64,000 nt of DNA from the NCBI RefSeq assembly GCF_009914755.1, contig NC_060936.1; one strand, given 5' to 3'. The position numbers and the translations under genes are program-made. The notes under the pieces were generated by a model. That model was not told the origin of the DNA. It did no database searches and worked only from the letters and a program-made list of their open reading frames with translations. Shown in pieces: positions 59,144-64,000 of this stretch (its first letter is position 1; every line of letters begins with the position of its first letter). This DNA comes from the human T2T-CHM13v2.0 reference genome, Homo sapiens.

Positions 59144-59303
59144 CTCTCTGGAGTCACTTTTCTAACAACCATTGCTTGATAGGTGATGGCTTTCTTGTCT
59201 TTAAGGCCTGCATAACTAAAATCCGAAGGAATAACACCAAGTTTGATAGCTAAAAAACCAATCGCTTCAAACATTTCCAGGTTTTCCTTTCGTAGGGTAA
59301 AAG
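59144..59303 (-). CDS. PUS7L: PUS7L coding exon (160 nt) with TruD catalytic motif
   Basis: tttcag|CT acceptor, AG|gtaat donor; encodes AFTLRKENLEMFEAIGFLAIKLGVIPSDFSYAGLKDKKAITYQAMVVRKVTPER; GxKDKxAxT motif with catalytic Asp codon at 59197-59199. Confidence 0.96.
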
Positions 59304-59409
59304 CTGAAACAAAAAAAAAACTTAGATCACAAAAAAAGCAGCTACCATACATCAATTACATTCTTAGCTAACAGATTAGTATAATAAATCAAACTATTAA
59401 TCTAAGGAG

Positions 59410-59715
59410 TTTTGTTGTTGTTGTTGTTGTTGTTTTGAGATGGAGTGTCACTCTGTCACCAGGCTGCAGTGCAGTGGCGCAATCTAGGCTCACTGCAACC
59501 TCTGCCTCCCGGGTTCCAGTGATTCTCCTGCCTCAGCCTCCTGAGTACCTGGGACTACAGGTACACACCACCACGCCCAGCTAATTTTTGTATTTTTAGC
59601 AGGGATGGGGTTTCACCACTTTGGCCAGGATGGTCTCGATCTCTTGGCCTCGTGATCCACCTGCCTCGGCCTCCCAAAGTGCTGGGATTACAGGCGTCAG
59701 CCACCATGCCCAGCC
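59410..59715 (-). mobile_element. AluS (Sc-like) with (TTG)n tail
   Basis: Antisense dimer, TSD taaggagt. Confidence 0.92.
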
Positions 59716-60007
59716 GTAAGGAGTACTTTTTAATGAAAATATAAAATCAGCATGATAGATTTCAGCTGTTATTTTTAAACTGCTGGTTGGCTCATTGAAG
59801 GCTTACAGGCAAAAAATTCCAAATTCCTTAATTTGGTATTCATATCTGGCCAAATCCACTTTTCCTGTCTCCAAGTGCACCACTTCCCTTCACATATCCT
59901 GTAACCCTGCCACAGAGAACTTCTTGTAATCCCTGGATTAACTAGAGCCTTCAACAGTTTTGTACTTTCGTACATTTAAGTCCTCTGTCTAAAACATGTG
60001 TTCCCCT

Positions 60008-60757
<750 letters not shown>

Positions 60758-61703
60758 TGTGTTCCTTCCATTTATTATTTGTCTTACTTCTATGCATTCT
60801 TGAAGGTCCAACAGCAGCAGCCATTCGCCCTAACAATTTTGGACATGTCATTCAAAAAGCTCAGCAATTTAAAAGAAATCCCCAGCTTGTTTGAGATATC
60901 AGTTTGTTGCTGATACTAGCCTAGGTGGATAAGCATTTTTTCACCCATAAAGATTTAGAATTTAGTATAGAAATATATTTAACAAAATCAAATCCATGAT
61001 ATTGTATTAATATTAATCTGTATCTACATAAAAGTTTATGCACTTGAATGTTTAAGAGAATGAAACTTGTAGTTCCAATTTAAAATATTTAATTGATTTA
61101 ATTTGTCTTTTTACATTGAATCTTATTTAAGTTAGTAAGCAATATGGGAACATTTACAAAATCTTAAGGGTCACTAAATTTATAAGTTTAATGTATAAGA
61201 TTTATAACATTTTCTTAATTACTTAGAACAATTACATATTTAAAAACAAAGTCAATTACACTGAATTTTAAAATTCAATTTTAGAGACTTCCACTTTGAG
61301 CCCTGTTGGAATAACTGACACCAGATGACCTCCCACTGTAAACAAATAGAACACTGAACAAAACATATGAAACAGCCATCTTTAGAGACTGGCAAATAGG
61401 TACCACAAAACTGTAATCTAAAAGAAAAGAAAAACAAATGAGGGGAATCCTAAAATACTCTAATTTTCTGCCTAGAAGTACATTCTGGAACATAGCACAG
61501 ACAGAATCCAGGTAGAGCACAGGAGTTTTGCTGAGTTAAGAGGGTAGATATTGGAATTCAGGAAGGCTGAGTGGGCTGGAATTCACAGGGAGAGTACCTG
61601 ATAAGACAAAGCTTTGTAGAGAAGAAGTTCCAGAAATCTACATAAATCGTTCCTTGAGTTTGTTGCTGATCAGTAATTTATGCATGTCTACGGTTAAATG
61701 CTA

Positions 61704-63110
61704 TGTATTATTTATTGTTGCGTAACAAGTCACTTCAAATCTTAGTGGCTTACAATATTCATTTATCTCCTGTAGTTTCTGTGGATCAGGACTTCAAGAA
61801 CTCTTTGGTTTGGTGGTTCCAGTTCAGGCTCTCCTGAGGTTGCATGCAGTTAGATGTGGCTAGGGCTGCAGTTATTTATTTATTTATTTTTAATTTATAT
61901 ATATATATATTATTATACTTTAAGTTCTAGGGTACATGTGCACAACATGCAGGTTTGCTACATATGTATACATGTGCCATGTTGGTGTGCTGCAACCATT
62001 AACTTGTCATTTACATTAAGTATATCTCCTAAGGCTATCCCTCCCCCCTCCCCCCACTCCACAACAGGACCCAGTGTGTGACGTTCCCCTTCCGGTGTCC
62101 AGGTGCTCTCATTGTTCAATTCCCACCTATGAGTGAGAACATGCAGTGTTTGGTTTTTTGTCCTTGCGATAGTTTGCTGAGAATGATGGTTTCCAGCTTC
62201 ATCCACGTCCCTACAAAGGACATGAACTCATCATTTTTTATGGCTGCATAGTATTCCATGGTGTGTATGTGCCACATTTTCTTAATCCAGTCTATCGTTG
62301 TTGGACATTTGGGTTGGTTCCAAGTCTTTGCTATTCTGAGTAGTGCTGCAATAAACATACGTGTGCATGTGTCTTTATAGCAGCATGATTTATAATCCTT
62401 TGGGTATATACCCAGTAATGGTATGGCTGGGTCAAATGGTATTTCTAGTTCTAGATCCCTGAGGAATTGCCACACTGTCTTCCACAATGGTTGAACTAGT
62501 TTACAGTCCCACCAACAGTGTAAAAGTGTTCCTATTTCTCCACATCCTCTCCAGCACCTGTCACCTGTTTCCTGACTTTTTAATGATCGCCATTCTAACT
62601 GGTGTGAGATGATATCTCATTGTGGTTTTGATTTGCATTTCTCTGATGGCCAGTGATGATGAGCATTTTTTCATGTGTCTGTTGGCTGCATAAATGTCTG
62701 CTTTTGAGAAGTGTCTGTTCATATCCTTTGCCCACTTTTTGATGGGGTTGTTTTTTTCTTGTAAATTTGTTTGAGTTCTTTGTAGATTCTGGATATTAGC
62801 CCTTTGTCAGATGAGTAGATTGCAAAAATTTTCTTCCATTCTGTAGGTTGCCTGTTCACTCTGATGGGCTGCAGTTATTTAAAAGCCTGAAAGAAACTGG
62901 AGGATCCATTCCCAAAGGGGCTCATTTACGTGGCTGGAAGGTTGGTACTGGCTGTTGGCATGAAGCTCTAGTTCCTGTCCAAAGGGCTGTTTTGAGTATC
63001 CTCACAGCATAGCAGCTGGCTTTCCCCAGAGTGAGCAATCCAAGAACATGACAAGAAGTGTAATACTTTTATGACCTAGCCTCAGAAGTCACCTCACATC
63101 CACATTCTCC
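61704..63110 (-). mobile_element. MLT1-type LTR split by an L1PA
   Basis: tgtattatttattgttgcgtaacaag...gttagatgtggctagggctgcag [L1] ...ttttatgacctagcctcagaagtcac. Confidence 0.7.
61879..62865 (-). mobile_element. 5'-truncated younger L1PA (~1 kb)
   Basis: Low-divergence ORF2 C-terminus (WKTVWQFLRDLELEIPFDPAIPLLGIYP...CMFSLIGGN); perfect 16-bp TSD gggctgcagttattta at 61863-61878 and 62866-62881. Confidence 0.93.
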
Positions 63111-63184
63111 CTCAAATTCTTTCCAAGTTCCAAGGCTGAATGCTTCCAAAGTAAATATCACGTGTGCTTTACTGACCATTATAT

Positions 63185-63625
63185 CCCATCCACTGGCAGA
63201 CAAATGGGTAAGCAAAATGTGGCATACACCTACCATGGGGTATTATTCAGCCTTAAAAGGGAAGGAAATTCTAACACATGCTACAACATGGATGAATCTC
63301 GACAACATACTAAGTGAAATAAGCCCATTACAAAAAGACAAATACTGTATGATTCCACTTATATGAGACACCTAGAGTTGTCTAATCCATAGAGACAGAA
63401 TGAAAAATGGTGGTTCCCATTTTTCAGAACTGGAGAGGAGGAAGAATTGTTTAATAAATATGGAGTTTTAGTTTGGTATGGTGAAAAAATTCTGGAGATG
63501 AATGGTGGTGAGGGATGTACAACCATGTGACTGTCCTCAATGCCACTGATACTTAAAAATGGTTAAGATGGTACATTTTATGTTATGTATATTTTAATGT
63601 AATTTAAAATTAAAAATAAAAGGTT
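63185..63625 (+). mobile_element. L1MB/MC 3' end
   Basis: cagccttaaaagggaaggaaattctaacacatgctacaacatggatgaa...tacttaaaaatggttaagatggt. Confidence 0.8.
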
Positions 63626-64000
63626 TTTTGAACCATCATTCCTCCTTTTAACATATGCCTCCAACTATTCACAACTTTAGAAAAGTGAATTTAAACTAAT
63701 ATATAAAGTTCTATAATTTTTTTACTCATTAACCCAAATTAATATTGTTAGAATTTCAAGTAGTATAAGATAAATAAGAATTCCTAGAGCTGCTTAAATC
63801 ACTCACCAGCAATTCCTCTTTCTACAAGTAAAGCTAGTATTGTTTTTCCTTCAAAATGGATATATCTGTTAACACTTACTATATGCCTAATATTAAGTAA
63901 CTATTACATAGTAAACAATTTCATTATTTCATTTAATCCTTCGAATATCATTGTGAGTCAGGCTTTCCTATTACCCTATTTTTCAAGTACAACCAAAAGT

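Noticed and set aside
62116-62487. Active L1 ORF2
   Set aside because: Element is only ~1 kb, 5'-truncated and bounded by a TSD

Overview
Human (primate) genomic DNA, AT-rich and repeat-dense; an AluYb8 supports human origin. The right half holds the last seven coding exons of PUS7L (TruD-family pseudouridine synthase 7-like) on the minus strand, all GT-AG and frame-consistent, including the catalytic GLKDKKAIT exon and the stop codon at 40742-40744; the large first coding exon and promoter lie beyond the right edge. The left ~29 kb is a transposon nest: an L2 split by a rearranged near-full-length L1MA, which carries a 6.7-kb ERV1 copy shaped like an L1-retrotransposed processed transcript (R-U5-PBS(Gly)-gag-env-U3-R-polyA with TSD). 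The most unusual items are (1) an intron-retaining three-exon LARP7 fragment inside a PUS7L intron that stops at the start of the LARP7 intron hosting miR-302/367, possibly a retrocopy of the antisense miR-302/367 host transcript; (2) the processed ERV; (3) an L1 with a TSD-enclosed 3' transduction; (4) an Alu/L1-5'UTR chimera replacing part of L1 ORF2. Repeat subfamily names come from recognition of consensus sequences, not from a search.
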